From Ignavibacteria bacterium (GTDB taxonomy: Bacteria; Bacteroidota; Ignavibacteria; Kapaibacteriales; Kapaibacteriaceae), in contig JBEIIK010000002.1 of NCBI GenBank assembly GCA_040380835.1, forward strand, positions 1,570 through 65,569: a stretch of 64,000 bases of DNA. The letters are read 5' to 3'. Below are positions 50,173 through 59,967 of this stretch, piece by piece. The position numbers and the translations under genes were made by a program. The notes beneath the pieces are model-generated. The model had not been told where the DNA came from, did no database searches, and was given only the letters and a program-made list of their open reading frames with translations. Within the stretch, counting starts at the first letter, position 1. Every line of letters starts with the position of its first letter.

Positions 50173-51537
50173 ATGCACGCTGAGCTGATCATGCTCGGTG
50201 GCGCCGAGGAGATCGGGGCCAACTCGTGCTACATCGACGTTGACGGTACCGGGATCATCATTGATGCCGGACTGCATCCACGGGACCGGACCGAGCGAGC
50301 TTTCCCGGACATCGATGCGCTTGAGGATCGTCCCACGGACGCGCTGCTGGTCACCCACGCCCACTCCGACCATATCGGAGCCGTACCCTACGTCATGCGT
50401 CGCCTGCCCCATCTGCGGCCCATCATGACCCCGGCGACCCGGGATCTGAGCCATATCGTACTTCACAACGGCGCCCGGCTGCTTCGCAAGGACCTGGTTA
50501 CGTCATTCCCGAAAGAGTGGCTCTCATTCTACGAACGCGAGGAGATCGAAGCGCTGCGATACGCCTTCGAAGCCCTTCCGTACGATGAGCCCCTTGCCCT
50601 GCGGGGATACTCAGGGCGCTCCGTGGTAGATGTGGCCTTTCATTGGTCGGGTCATATTCTGGGATCGGCAAGCGTGTCCCTCTCCTGCAAGGGGCTGTCC
50701 ATTCTCCACACCGCAGACGTGATGATGAACGACCAGGTGGTGGTGCCGAAAGCACGCCTGCCGCGTCATCACGTGGACGTGCTGATCACTGAATCCACAA
50801 ATGCCGCCACCGAGAACCTGCCGTCGTTTGCCGAAGAGTCAAAACGCCTGGCCTCATTCATCAACTCGGTGGCCACCGGCAACGGATCGGTACTGATCCC
50901 GTGCTTTGCCCTGGGCAAGCTGCAGGAGATGATCCCCATGCTCTACAACCTTATGCGCAAAGGAAGCATCCCGCACATGCCGATCTATTCAGGGGGCATC
51001 GGGGTACGCATCAGCAAGGTCTATGACCAGTATTGCTACAGCGACCCGATGCGCCGTCCCGGATTTGAAGTATCCGATGTCCCCCAGCAGCGTCTGCGGC
51101 GTGACGAGCTTCTTAGTGGGGACTATTTCCGGGAACCGTCCATCGTGCTTGCCTCTTCCGGAATGGTCAATCCGGGAACGATGTCCTACACGCTCTGTCG
51201 GGAGTGGTTTTCAAAGCCCGCCTACGGGATTGCGTTCATTGGCTATCAGGATCCGTCCACTCCGGGATACGGTCTGATGCATTCGGAAAAGAAGAAACCG
51301 TTCGACTTCGGCAACGCGCAATGCACTCGCGTCTGTGATGTCGAACGGTTTCGTTTCAGCGGACACGCCTCACGCGAGCATCTGCTGGAGCTTGCCGTGG
51401 ATGTAAGGCCCAAGACCGTAGTGGTCGCCCATGGGGACGCCGATGCGTGTGAGTCTCTTGCGGCCGGCATTCACGAACGCCTGCCCGGTACGCGGATCAT
51501 CATCCCGCGTCATGGCGCATCCTACACGCTGGTGTGA
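50173..51537 (+). CDS. MBL-fold metallo-hydrolase of the beta-CASP (RNA-metabolising, RNase J/CPSF-like) family.
   Basis: 'LVTHAHSDHIGAVPYV' HxHxDH motif, beta-CASP region, C-terminal RNA-specificity domain with 'VVVAHGD'. Confidence 0.8.
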   Translation: MHAELIMLGGAEEIGANSCYIDVDGTGIIIDAGLHPRDRTERAFPDIDALEDRPTDALLVTHAHSDHIGAVPYVMRRLPHLRPIMTPATRDLSHIVLHNGARLLRKDLVTSFPKEWLSFYEREEIEALRYAFEALPYDEPLALRGYSGRSVVDVAFHWSGHILGSASVSLSCKGLSILHTADVMMNDQVVVPKARLPRHHVDVLITESTNAATENLPSFAEESKRLASFINSVATGNGSVLIPCFALGKLQEMIPMLYNLMRKGSIPHMPIYSGGIGVRISKVYDQYCYSDPMRRPGFEVSDVPQQRLRRDELLSGDYFREPSIVLASSGMVNPGTMSYTLCREWFSKPAYGIAFIGYQDPSTPGYGLMHSEKKKPFDFGNAQCTRVCDVERFRFSGHASREHLLELAVDVRPKTVVVAHGDADACESLAAGIHERLPGTRIIIPRHGASYTLV

Positions 51538-52221
51538 TCATCGCTGCACGAGCAGCGGACGCCGGATGACACTCCCGGAGCCCGTATAGGCGGCAACGGT
51601 ATAGGACGCGGCGCTCAGCGCAGCAATATTCACCGAGCAGGACTGAGCCCCTGGGGCCGGATCCAGTCGAACCACGACTGCGCCGGTCAGATCGATGATC
51701 TCAATGCGCCGCAGCGGCTCGGTCCAGGAAATACGCACCCGATCTGCCGCCGGAAGAGGCGCCACGTCGAATCTCACCAATTGCTGTGTGAGATCGTCAA
51801 TGCCCGTTGCCGTTCGTGAACGACGCACGAGGCTGGTAAAGCCGACGCTGAACATCGCCCTGGTGGTGTCCCGGGCATCGCGGACAACGAAGCGATACCG
51901 ACTTCCATTTTCGATGTCCTCCGGTACAGTCCAGTTGATTTCTCGTTGAGGCGCTTTGATGTTCTGTGCCAGCACCGTTGAGATTCCGCGCACGCCGTCC
52001 CAGAGTTCAATGTTGACAAGAGGCGCTTCCAGATCGTCACCCCAGCGGATCACCACCGGCGTTCCCGAACCGACCGTCATTGACGCATCCGGTGTGATGA
52101 CAAAGACGTCTGCACGTGCGTGGCTTGTTGCAAGAAGGAGAAGCCCGCAAACGAGGATAAGGACGAGCGCTCCCTGCCGCGTATCTGCTGGCTGCACGCG
52201 GATGGTATTGGAATTGTTCAT
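51538..52221 (-). CDS. T9SS cargo protein (small).
   Basis: Signal peptide 'LLLATSHARA|DV'. C-terminal 'RISWTEPLRRIEIIDLTGAVVVRL...ASYTVAAYTGSGSVIRRPLLVQR'. Start at the internal Met. Confidence 0.55.
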   Translation of the reverse strand: MNNSNTIRVQPADTRQGALVLILVCGLLLLATSHARADVFVITPDASMTVGSGTPVVIRWGDDLEAPLVNIELWDGVRGISTVLAQNIKAPQREINWTVPEDIENGSRYRFVVRDARDTTRAMFSVGFTSLVRRSRTATGIDDLTQQLVRFDVAPLPAADRVRISWTEPLRRIEIIDLTGAVVVRLDPAPGAQSCSVNIAALSAASYTVAAYTGSGSVIRRPLLVQR

Positions 52222-52231
52222 TGTTGTGTTC

Positions 52232-53209
52232 CTAGTAGTGGTTGATGAAAGAATGAAGTGTATGGTCTGCACTCTGCACCTGACAGCTGTATAGTCCCGA
52301 CGCAAAATCCTGTAGTAAGATGGTGTGTGTTGCCGAAGTCCCCTGGTTCGCATAGACGATGCGGCCTGTGATATCCATGATAGTGATGCGAACCGGCTGC
52401 GATTGTTCGTTTCCGACTGTGACCGATGTAGCGTCGCGGCGAATGGTAAGCCCCTTCGAGGACACTACCTCATCGATGCCCGTGGAGATCCTGGCGAACA
52501 TCCCATCGAAGAGCACGATCGAACCCGTCGGCCAGCATGGGTAGTTGATCGCCTGACGTATCGATGTCCGGTCGAAGGGAATCTCAGGGTGGCTGCACTT
52601 CCAGTACTTGAATTCATATCGCGGGCTCGTAAAGATTCCCAGATACAACGGATCTGTGTTCAGATGCCCCTTGTAGCGATGATCAGGTTCAACGAGAAAC
52701 TCGTTTGTGATCTCCTCGCCCGTGGCTATGTCGATCGCGCGGGCATAGGCCGTAAAGGCCGGTGCCACTCGAAATTCGAACTGGGTACTGTCGGTTCGTT
52801 TCTTTCCTTGCCAGTACTCACAGAACAGTCTGACGACGTACACCATTTGCTTGTAGGGGTCGTACGTTGGAAGAAGCTTTTCGCCGGGAATGATCAAGAG
52901 CTTGTCGCTTTTCTCGCAGACCATCTTGGCGGGAATCTGCCGATAGATGATAGTATCAGGGTAACGGTACATCTGAAACAACTTTGCACAGCTTCCGATC
53001 GGCATCGTACCGGCGGGCAGGGCCGGAGCATAGCGCCCGATGCGTAGCGTGTCCATGCAGGGGGAAATGTAGCCACTCCAGCCGTCTGAGCCGGGTACAC
53101 GGATCGCGACTTCGAGGCACATGACGTACTTGCCGAGTGGTTGTGCCGTGACAGATGCGACAGACAGCAGTAAAGCCAGGGTAAGACATCTTAGAACGTT
53201 CATGTTCAT
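52232..53209 (-). CDS. Secreted hypothetical protein.
   Basis: Signal peptide '...SVASVTA|QPLGK'. About 325 aa. Confidence 0.45.
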   Translation of the reverse strand: MNMNVLRCLTLALLLSVASVTAQPLGKYVMCLEVAIRVPGSDGWSGYISPCMDTLRIGRYAPALPAGTMPIGSCAKLFQMYRYPDTIIYRQIPAKMVCEKSDKLLIIPGEKLLPTYDPYKQMVYVVRLFCEYWQGKKRTDSTQFEFRVAPAFTAYARAIDIATGEEITNEFLVEPDHRYKGHLNTDPLYLGIFTSPRYEFKYWKCSHPEIPFDRTSIRQAINYPCWPTGSIVLFDGMFARISTGIDEVVSSKGLTIRRDATSVTVGNEQSQPVRITIMDITGRIVYANQGTSATHTILLQDFASGLYSCQVQSADHTLHSFINHY

Positions 53210-53240
53210 ACACCTAATCGCTAATTGAAACATTGATTTG

Positions 53241-56200
53241 TTACCGTACTACGGCGCGACTGGTAAACCAGACTCCGCGCATGCGATAGTCGGCATTTTC
53301 TGTTGAAATCTGTATACGTGGAGCGGTGGGACTTGACATTCCCCAGAGTGTGCCAAGACCCTCCATGAATGTTGCTTCTCCGATGTGATCGTCCTGTTCT
53401 TGGATCGGTAGCAGGGCATTGATCAGAGATGCGGCAAGAGCAATAAGATCAGCCGGAATGGTCTTGGCTGCATCCGGACCCTGATCTCGTTTGAATTGGT
53501 CGGCACGATCCCTAAGCTCATCCAGAACGTCCTGTATCCGGTTGACCAGACACCTGTCGTTACTCTTGCAGTCCTCTTCCCAGGATCCGATCTGGGCAAA
53601 CGCAACATCATCCACATCCATCCATGCAGTCTGTGCCCAGATCTCACGATCGCCAAAAGAGAAGATGTCATCTTTGCCGTCTCCGACATCAATCGTACAG
53701 TCTCCGGACCAAGTCTGCTGCTGGCGGCAGTCCGGGTAGCGAACAAAGCCATCCGCTCGATTGGCCGCGCCTGTTTGGGCGATGTTCATACCGTAGAGGG
53801 CGTGATATGCCTCGCCGCTGTTCTCCCATGGCGACCAGTCGCCATCCCCATCAAAGGCAAACTTCGCCGTTGACATACGCAGGCCGAATCCGGGAATCTC
53901 CATACGGTTGAGGGTGAATTGCGCCGAGGTGACAAGGGGCTCATTGTCAGCCGATCGAATGCTGGTCAGACACCACAGATCAACGACACCCATATGGAGT
54001 GCCTGCTTGATCGGGCGTGTTCCGGGTTCAAAGACAGAGAACTCCACAATGTCCAGAAACTGCCCGCCGGAAGAGAAGAACGTGGTGTTTCCGCGATCGC
54101 TACTGGCTGTTGAGAAGTCAAGATTCCTGGCCTGAGGATCCGTATGGAGAATGTTGGCGAGGCTGTTTGCCGTGATGCCACCCGCATAGACGGTTGGAAC
54201 ATCAACTGGGCGGGAAAAGCGCAACCGGAGGGTTGTCCCGCGGGCAGCAACATACTCGAGCTGTCGACAAGCAGCTGGCTCGTCCGAAGCACGGTCGTAG
54301 TAATTATATGGATCAAACCAACGTTGCTTGAATTCTGCCTTGTAACGATCTCCTCGAGCATTGACGCGCACGCGCAGGGCAATCGAATCTACAACGAACT
54401 GCTGACGAAAAGCAGCCCGCATGGCTATCTCCCGATTTCCCAGCAGCGTGCCATCACAGCTTGTTGCATCAAAATGTGCAAGATTTTCCGCCACGGTCAG
54501 CGTGAAGACCTGGGCACCGTTGATCGGCTCTGCCGGACGCGGTTGAACGTAGTTCGACCTGAAGGACCACCAGCGCCACTGCTCACCACGTTTGGCACTG
54601 GGGCGCACCGTGATACGGACCTTGTCACCACAGCGCACACCGAAACGCGTCTGTGCAATTCCATTGACGAAGCAATCCGGACCGGCCACCGGAAGCCAGC
54701 GCTCGACGTTCTGGATGAAGACTTGGCGCTCAACTTCTATGCGTGTCTCCGTATTGGGATATCGGTTCAGGATCACATCGTTGTCGTTCTCCGAACTCAG
54801 CAAGACCCGTTCAATGCGCAGGTCAATCGGAATTCGCCGGCCAAAGATCACCAGCGTGTTTTCCGGGTCCAGAAGGTCTGACTCCACACACAACTCACGT
54901 CGTCCCTTGGTGAACCACACCGGTGGCCCCACCGCTGCATCATGATAGCCCGTGATCTCCCAGCATTCGTCTGCTACCACACAAACGCTTCGGGTCTCTC
55001 GCTTCGGCTCTTCAAACTCCTGCGGCGTGGTAAACTGAATGTGCTCATAGATCGGATGCAACTCTTCAGGTTGGGAATTCATCAGCCGTGCCCGAAGTCG
55101 GTAACGTTCCCCCTGGTTGATGGTGGGCTTGAGAAACTTTGGATTGACGTAGACGTTGGGCTGGTTCTGCGCCAGTCCACTGGCGCCTGATTGCTGAGGG
55201 CCCAGGCCCGGTGGCAGGGCAGATGTGATAAGTGCTGATACCGGGATGCTCACCGACGGTGCCGGGATGCCCCCTATCCCACTAACAGAGCTCGACCATG
55301 CCGAGAATGTAGCTCCGGATACACTTCGCGCAACGAGCAGTAGACGTGAAACGTCCGGACCGACCGCTATCGTCGCTGAATCCGAAACACTTGTGAGTAA
55401 CCGACCGTCCTGGTCCGAAACATCGACAGTGCCAAGAGAGTCCGTCACAATGGAAACCTCTACCGTATCGATGTACTCATAGATGGCACGCAGATCAAAG
55501 CGTTCCTGCATCTGCTGACAGGGCAGCGCCACATCGAGAGTTGATGTAGTTGTGTTGTGTACACTCTGCAGCGACGAACAATCCCACCGCACGAAACGCC
55601 AGCGCTCATCAGCATACGCCGGCATACTTGCCACCACACGTTCCTGCTCTGTCACCACGGCTGTATTCTTCTCAGCAGCACTGAGTATGCTTTCCGGCAG
55701 GGGTCCGGCATCGTCCGAATAGGGCGTGACAACAATGCGAGATGCCCCGCGAACGATTGATTCGAGACGACGGTCATCGGCGTGATTGCCCGTGATCTTC
55801 GACATCAAGATCCATGTTCGTAAAGGCATCCCAGCATGCCATCCGTGCTGAGGGATGATGGCGATCATGTCACGTGAGACACGCTGTATCCGAGCCTGGT
55901 CCGACCTGTTCCACGATCCGTCTGATGTCGGCTGTTCCACGGAGACCAGATCGTACAGGGAGACATCGTCTGCGACGTTGCTGCTGAATTGGACCCAGAT
56001 CGGTGTCTGACAGGTGATGATCGACAGTGTGTCCATCGTCGATGCAGTGACCTGAGGCACGTTGCCCGCGGTGGTGAAATCGAACTCTACCACCGGCAAC
56101 GAAGATGTTCCACTTCCGCTCTGCACCTGAAGACCCTGCACCACACAGTGATAAGCGGTTCCAGGCATCAAACGCCGAGGACGCCATTCCACGGTTTGTT

Positions 56201-56504
56201 CGTCTACAAGGTTACAGGACCCAATGACGCTGAACCGGGCCCAATCGGTGCGATCGATAGTCTCCTGCACCGTCTTACGGATGACCAGTATAGTAGGTTC
56301 AATCTGATGATGATCACGCGCGATTCGCGGAAACGCTCCGGAGACAGAGATGGGATGAATCTGCGACGGGGCTCGCACACGCACGCAGGCTGCAGGAGAA
56401 ACATCCGTCTGGCCATCGTAGGGCATCGTAGAAAGCACATCGATCTGTGCCCACGATGCTACTGCTGAAAAACACAAAGCCGCAAGAAAACAACGCAACC
56501 ACAT
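53241..56504 (-). CDS. Large secreted protein with bacterial Ig-like (SbsA/BIG-type) domains.
   Basis: Signal peptide '...AVASWA|QIDVL'. The N-terminal 'MPYDGQTDVSP' is Ig-like. About 1,088 aa. No clear T9SS C-terminal domain. Confidence 0.5.
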   Translation of the reverse strand: MWLRCFLAALCFSAVASWAQIDVLSTMPYDGQTDVSPAACVRVRAPSQIHPISVSGAFPRIARDHHQIEPTILVIRKTVQETIDRTDWARFSVIGSCNLVDEQTVEWRPRRLMPGTAYHCVVQGLQVQSGSGTSSLPVVEFDFTTAGNVPQVTASTMDTLSIITCQTPIWVQFSSNVADDVSLYDLVSVEQPTSDGSWNRSDQARIQRVSRDMIAIIPQHGWHAGMPLRTWILMSKITGNHADDRRLESIVRGASRIVVTPYSDDAGPLPESILSAAEKNTAVVTEQERVVASMPAYADERWRFVRWDCSSLQSVHNTTTSTLDVALPCQQMQERFDLRAIYEYIDTVEVSIVTDSLGTVDVSDQDGRLLTSVSDSATIAVGPDVSRLLLVARSVSGATFSAWSSSVSGIGGIPAPSVSIPVSALITSALPPGLGPQQSGASGLAQNQPNVYVNPKFLKPTINQGERYRLRARLMNSQPEELHPIYEHIQFTTPQEFEEPKRETRSVCVVADECWEITGYHDAAVGPPVWFTKGRRELCVESDLLDPENTLVIFGRRIPIDLRIERVLLSSENDNDVILNRYPNTETRIEVERQVFIQNVERWLPVAGPDCFVNGIAQTRFGVRCGDKVRITVRPSAKRGEQWRWWSFRSNYVQPRPAEPINGAQVFTLTVAENLAHFDATSCDGTLLGNREIAMRAAFRQQFVVDSIALRVRVNARGDRYKAEFKQRWFDPYNYYDRASDEPAACRQLEYVAARGTTLRLRFSRPVDVPTVYAGGITANSLANILHTDPQARNLDFSTASSDRGNTTFFSSGGQFLDIVEFSVFEPGTRPIKQALHMGVVDLWCLTSIRSADNEPLVTSAQFTLNRMEIPGFGLRMSTAKFAFDGDGDWSPWENSGEAYHALYGMNIAQTGAANRADGFVRYPDCRQQQTWSGDCTIDVGDGKDDIFSFGDREIWAQTAWMDVDDVAFAQIGSWEEDCKSNDRCLVNRIQDVLDELRDRADQFKRDQGPDAAKTIPADLIALAASLINALLPIQEQDDHIGEATFMEGLGTLWGMSSPTAPRIQISTENADYRMRGVWFTSRAVVR

Positions 56505-56592
56505 ACAAACCTCCGATAGATGAATGGGTATTCGTGTACATCGTTGTGATGTACCTATCGGTTGTAGTGCGTTTTTGGAGAAAAACGTGACG

Positions 56593-57399
56593 CTACAAAA
56601 TGTCGATTTTAAAGATAGATGGCCAGTGCTTGCCCGTAACGTAAATAGCGTTACCAACAGAGTCCCATGCGATGCCGTTCATCACGTCTGTAGACGGCGT
56701 TCGGGCTTGCTGTGGAAGAATGCCGGCCATGTCGATCACGGCTCTCACGCGGCCGCTCGTCGGGTCTATGCGGACGATCTGTTCAGTCTGCCACACATTG
56801 GCCCAGATCTCACCTCGAATCCATTCCAACTCATTGAGATTGCCCAGTGGGCTTCCGTCGAGCGTTACATCAATCGAACGCATGCGCCGAAATCCTGCCG
56901 GGTCGTGCACCGTGATCGTGTTGGTGCCATTGCTCATGTAAAGGCTGCTTCCGTCTGTTGTAAGCCCCCACCCTTCACCGGAGTAGGAGAAGTCTCCGAG
57001 AGGCTTTAAGGTCTTTGCATCATAGATAAATCCATGCTGATTGAGCCACGTCAGCATATAAACACGCCCCTTGAGAACTGTAATTCCCTCGCCAAAGTAC
57101 CGGGCGTCAATCGTTTCCTTTTGCCGAACTGTTCCGCTGCGGATATCAACGCGACGCAGACTTGAAAAACCATACTGTCCGGTGCTCTCAAGAAAGTACC
57201 CGTTTTGGACAACCAGACCCTGGGTAAAGGCTCCAGAGTCATGTGGCAGCGTTTGAAGCACACGATATCCCTGCCGAAGTGCACCGGCCACGACCGGCTC
57301 GGGCGATTTTGACGGCGCTTTGTGGTCAGCGGGCTTCTCGGCTGTGCAACCGATAAGCATGGCACAGATAATGCTGTAGTAAATTGGACGGGTTAGCAT
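56593..57399 (-). CDS. Glutaminyl-peptide cyclotransferase (plant/bacterial beta-propeller type), lipoprotein.
   Basis: 'GEGWGLTTDGSSLYMSNGTNTITVHDP...ELEWIRGEIWANVWQTEQIVRIDPTSGRV' matches bacterial glutamine cyclotransferases. Lipobox 'MLIGC|T'. Start at the internal Met. Confidence 0.8.
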   Translation of the reverse strand: MLTRPIYYSIICAMLIGCTAEKPADHKAPSKSPEPVVAGALRQGYRVLQTLPHDSGAFTQGLVVQNGYFLESTGQYGFSSLRRVDIRSGTVRQKETIDARYFGEGITVLKGRVYMLTWLNQHGFIYDAKTLKPLGDFSYSGEGWGLTTDGSSLYMSNGTNTITVHDPAGFRRMRSIDVTLDGSPLGNLNELEWIRGEIWANVWQTEQIVRIDPTSGRVRAVIDMAGILPQQARTPSTDVMNGIAWDSVGNAIYVTGKHWPSIFKIDIL

Positions 57400-57451
57400 A
57401 GCTGACGGCGAAACTAGCGAGTTTTGCAGCTGCCCGATTATCTGAACTTCC

Positions 57452-58579
57452 ATGCCCCGACGACGTCTGCTTCCTCCGGTGGTTCTCGGTGTTTCCGGGA
57501 TCATCTTTGTTTCAACCATGCTCTTCATCTACACCGATGGGCAACGCCGTCTATCGGATGTGATTTCGGTGTCCGAACAGGAAAGCAAGAGCATAAGTGA
57601 CGAGGAACGTCGGAGGCAGCGCCGGGACAGTCTCGAGAAGCGTTTTCCAAGGATCACCTATCACCGGGTAGCCATTTCCTCCAAGGCAGTTCTGGACAGT
57701 ATCAGGCGTGTGTGTGGGCGCACAGTCGAGACCCAGGATGCGTATCGTGTGATGCGCCTTCTTAACCGCAAGGACGTACAGTATGTGCGGCTCGGCGACA
57801 CCCTGGTGATGCCCGACACGATCATGAAGGACCTGCGGTCATATTCCGTGTTCCCGCAATACTGGGAAGGGGGCGATTCACTACCGAAGGTTGTACTGGT
57901 AAGTAATGCATGGCAATCGTATGCATGCTATGAGTACGGTGAGTTAGTCCGATATGCCGCCTGCAACTCGGGCGAAGAGCGAAAGCCATCGTTCCCGGGA
58001 CGCTACGCGGTGTACTGGCGACAGCGGTTGCGGATCAGTTCATTGAACGACGAGTGGAAGCTGCCCTTCACGGTCAATTTCCACCTTCAGGCCGGGAGCG
58101 CCTTCCACCAGTTCGACATGCCCGGGCGTCCGGTTTCCCATTCATGCGTCCGGCAGTTCATCGAAGACGCGGAGTGGCTCTTTCGCTGGGTACGCGTTGC
58201 CCGTAAGGACACCATCCGGCATACCTATATCCCAATGTCAGGGACGCCGGTCATCATCCTGGATGTCTTCAACTTTGCCAGGAGAAGGGGCGGCCCGTGG
58301 CTCGAACTGACTTCGAATGCACCGGTGTCGATCGATCTGCCGGCCGATCCGATGTCTGTCGAAGAAGCACTGATCCCGATATCACAGGTACCCAAAGAGA
58401 GTCGTGGTTCTCTTCGGAATTACAAGCGCTATCTGACGGCCGACAGCGTTCTGCGTGTGCGAGGTGTGATCCGTCCGCATGTCAGGCTCCTCGAAAGTAT
58501 CAACTACAACGAACGCCGGGCAAAGAAGGCCGCAGCCAGGCGTGCTGCCGAGGCAAAGGCTGCGCAGCTGAAGAAATAG
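57452..58579 (+). CDS. L,D-transpeptidase (YkuD) family protein with an N-terminal TM anchor.
   Basis: Catalytic 'H-x16-SHSCVR' ('HQFDMPGRPVSHSCVRQ'). Confidence 0.65.
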   Translation: MPRRRLLPPVVLGVSGIIFVSTMLFIYTDGQRRLSDVISVSEQESKSISDEERRRQRRDSLEKRFPRITYHRVAISSKAVLDSIRRVCGRTVETQDAYRVMRLLNRKDVQYVRLGDTLVMPDTIMKDLRSYSVFPQYWEGGDSLPKVVLVSNAWQSYACYEYGELVRYAACNSGEERKPSFPGRYAVYWRQRLRISSLNDEWKLPFTVNFHLQAGSAFHQFDMPGRPVSHSCVRQFIEDAEWLFRWVRVARKDTIRHTYIPMSGTPVIILDVFNFARRRGGPWLELTSNAPVSIDLPADPMSVEEALIPISQVPKESRGSLRNYKRYLTADSVLRVRGVIRPHVRLLESINYNERRAKKAAARRAAEAKAAQLKK

Positions 58580-58581
58580 GC

Positions 58582-59907
58582 TTAGGGGCGTTTATGCCGC
58601 TTGGGCCAGCGGCCGTAGTGTCTTTTGAGGATGTCGTTCTCAGCCCCCTGCGCTGTTGGAGTATAGAACTCTGAACCCTGCCAGGCTTCGGGCAGGTATT
58701 CTGCCATCACAAAGTGATCAGGGTGGGAGTGAGGATAATCATATCCTTTACCGAACCCTTGATCCTTCATCAGTGTCGTTGGGGCGTTGCGCAGGTGGAC
58801 AGGGATAGATACCGGCGGACCGTTGCGGACCGCGGATAGGGCGGCATCAATTGCTAAATAGCTTGCATTGGATTTGGGTGCCGTTGCCAGGTATGTAACC
58901 CCTTGTGCAAGGACGATTCGTCCTTCGGGCATGCCGATCCGCTCAACAGCCTGAAAGACGTTGAGAGCAATGCCGAGGGCGAGTGGATCAGCATTACCGA
59001 CATCCTCGCTGGCAAAGATGATCATACGTCGAGCAATGAAAGTCGGGTCTTCACCGGCATCGATCATTACCGCAAGGTACAGCAAGGCGGCATCCGGGTC
59101 GCTGCCGCGCATGGACTTGATGAAGGCCGACACTGTATCGTAGTGATTATCGCCGTGCTTGTCATAGCGCAGTACGCGCCGCTGAACGGCCTGAGCCAGA
59201 ACTTCGGCTGTAACATGGAACGTGTCCGAAGATGGCGGACGCATCATGACCGCTGCCTCGAGTGCATTCAGAGCTTTGCGGGCATCACCGCCGCTCAGGC
59301 GCAGCAGCGCGGGCATATCATCTACAACCACATCCAGGCCTGTAATGCGAATGTCCTCAATTGCACGGTCCAGAATGCGGATGATCTGATCATCCGGCAG
59401 AGTCGTCAGCACATAGACATGACAACGCGAGAGCAGGGCCGAGTTCACCTCAAATGACGGGTTCTCCGTCGTGGCGCCGATCAGGGTGATGACTCCGTCC
59501 TCAACGGCGTGCAGGAGCGCGTCCTGCTGGGCCTTGTTGAACCGATGGATCTCATCGATGAACACAACCGTGCGACGCCCCTTCGCTCGTTGCTGCTCAG
59601 CTCGGCGCATGACCTCACGGAGTTCTTTTACACCGGAATCCACAGCCGAGAGGCGCTCCAGTCGTGCCTCGATCGAGGATGCGAGTATTCCGGCCAGGGT
59701 GGTCTTGCCGGTACCGGGCGGACCCCACAGGATGAGCGAAGGAAGTTCTCCTCGCTCGATGAAGCGGCGCAGGGGAGCCCCCTTACCGAGCAGATGCTCC
59801 TGTCCGGCGACATCATCCAATGTTATCGGACGAATCCGCTCGGACAGGGGGCGGTGTGTGCGCTCGGCCGAAGCGACCGGTTCCTGGTCGGGAAATAGGC
59901 TATCCAT
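58582..59907 (-). CDS. rarA: Replication-associated recombination protein A (AAA+ ATPase MgsA/RarA).
   Basis: Walker A 'LWGPPGTGKTTLA', Walker B 'VVFIDEIHRFNK', MgsA C-terminal domain. Confidence 0.9.
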   Translation of the reverse strand: MDSLFPDQEPVASAERTHRPLSERIRPITLDDVAGQEHLLGKGAPLRRFIERGELPSLILWGPPGTGKTTLAGILASSIEARLERLSAVDSGVKELREVMRRAEQQRAKGRRTVVFIDEIHRFNKAQQDALLHAVEDGVITLIGATTENPSFEVNSALLSRCHVYVLTTLPDDQIIRILDRAIEDIRITGLDVVVDDMPALLRLSGGDARKALNALEAAVMMRPPSSDTFHVTAEVLAQAVQRRVLRYDKHGDNHYDTVSAFIKSMRGSDPDAALLYLAVMIDAGEDPTFIARRMIIFASEDVGNADPLALGIALNVFQAVERIGMPEGRIVLAQGVTYLATAPKSNASYLAIDAALSAVRNGPPVSIPVHLRNAPTTLMKDQGFGKGYDYPHSHPDHFVMAEYLPEAWQGSEFYTPTAQGAENDILKRHYGRWPKRHKRP

Positions 59908-59967
59908 GGGCAGAAGCCAACATAGCGGATTTCCCTCGTCCGTGACATCGCCCGAAACAATCCGCGT

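Noticed and set aside
53241-56504. T9SS C-terminal domain on the 1,088-aa Ig-like protein.
   Set aside because: The C-terminus ('...ADYRMRGVWFTSRAVVR') lacks the NPF...IYD...SG.Y core seen in the other cargo proteins, so it was left as a generic secreted protein.
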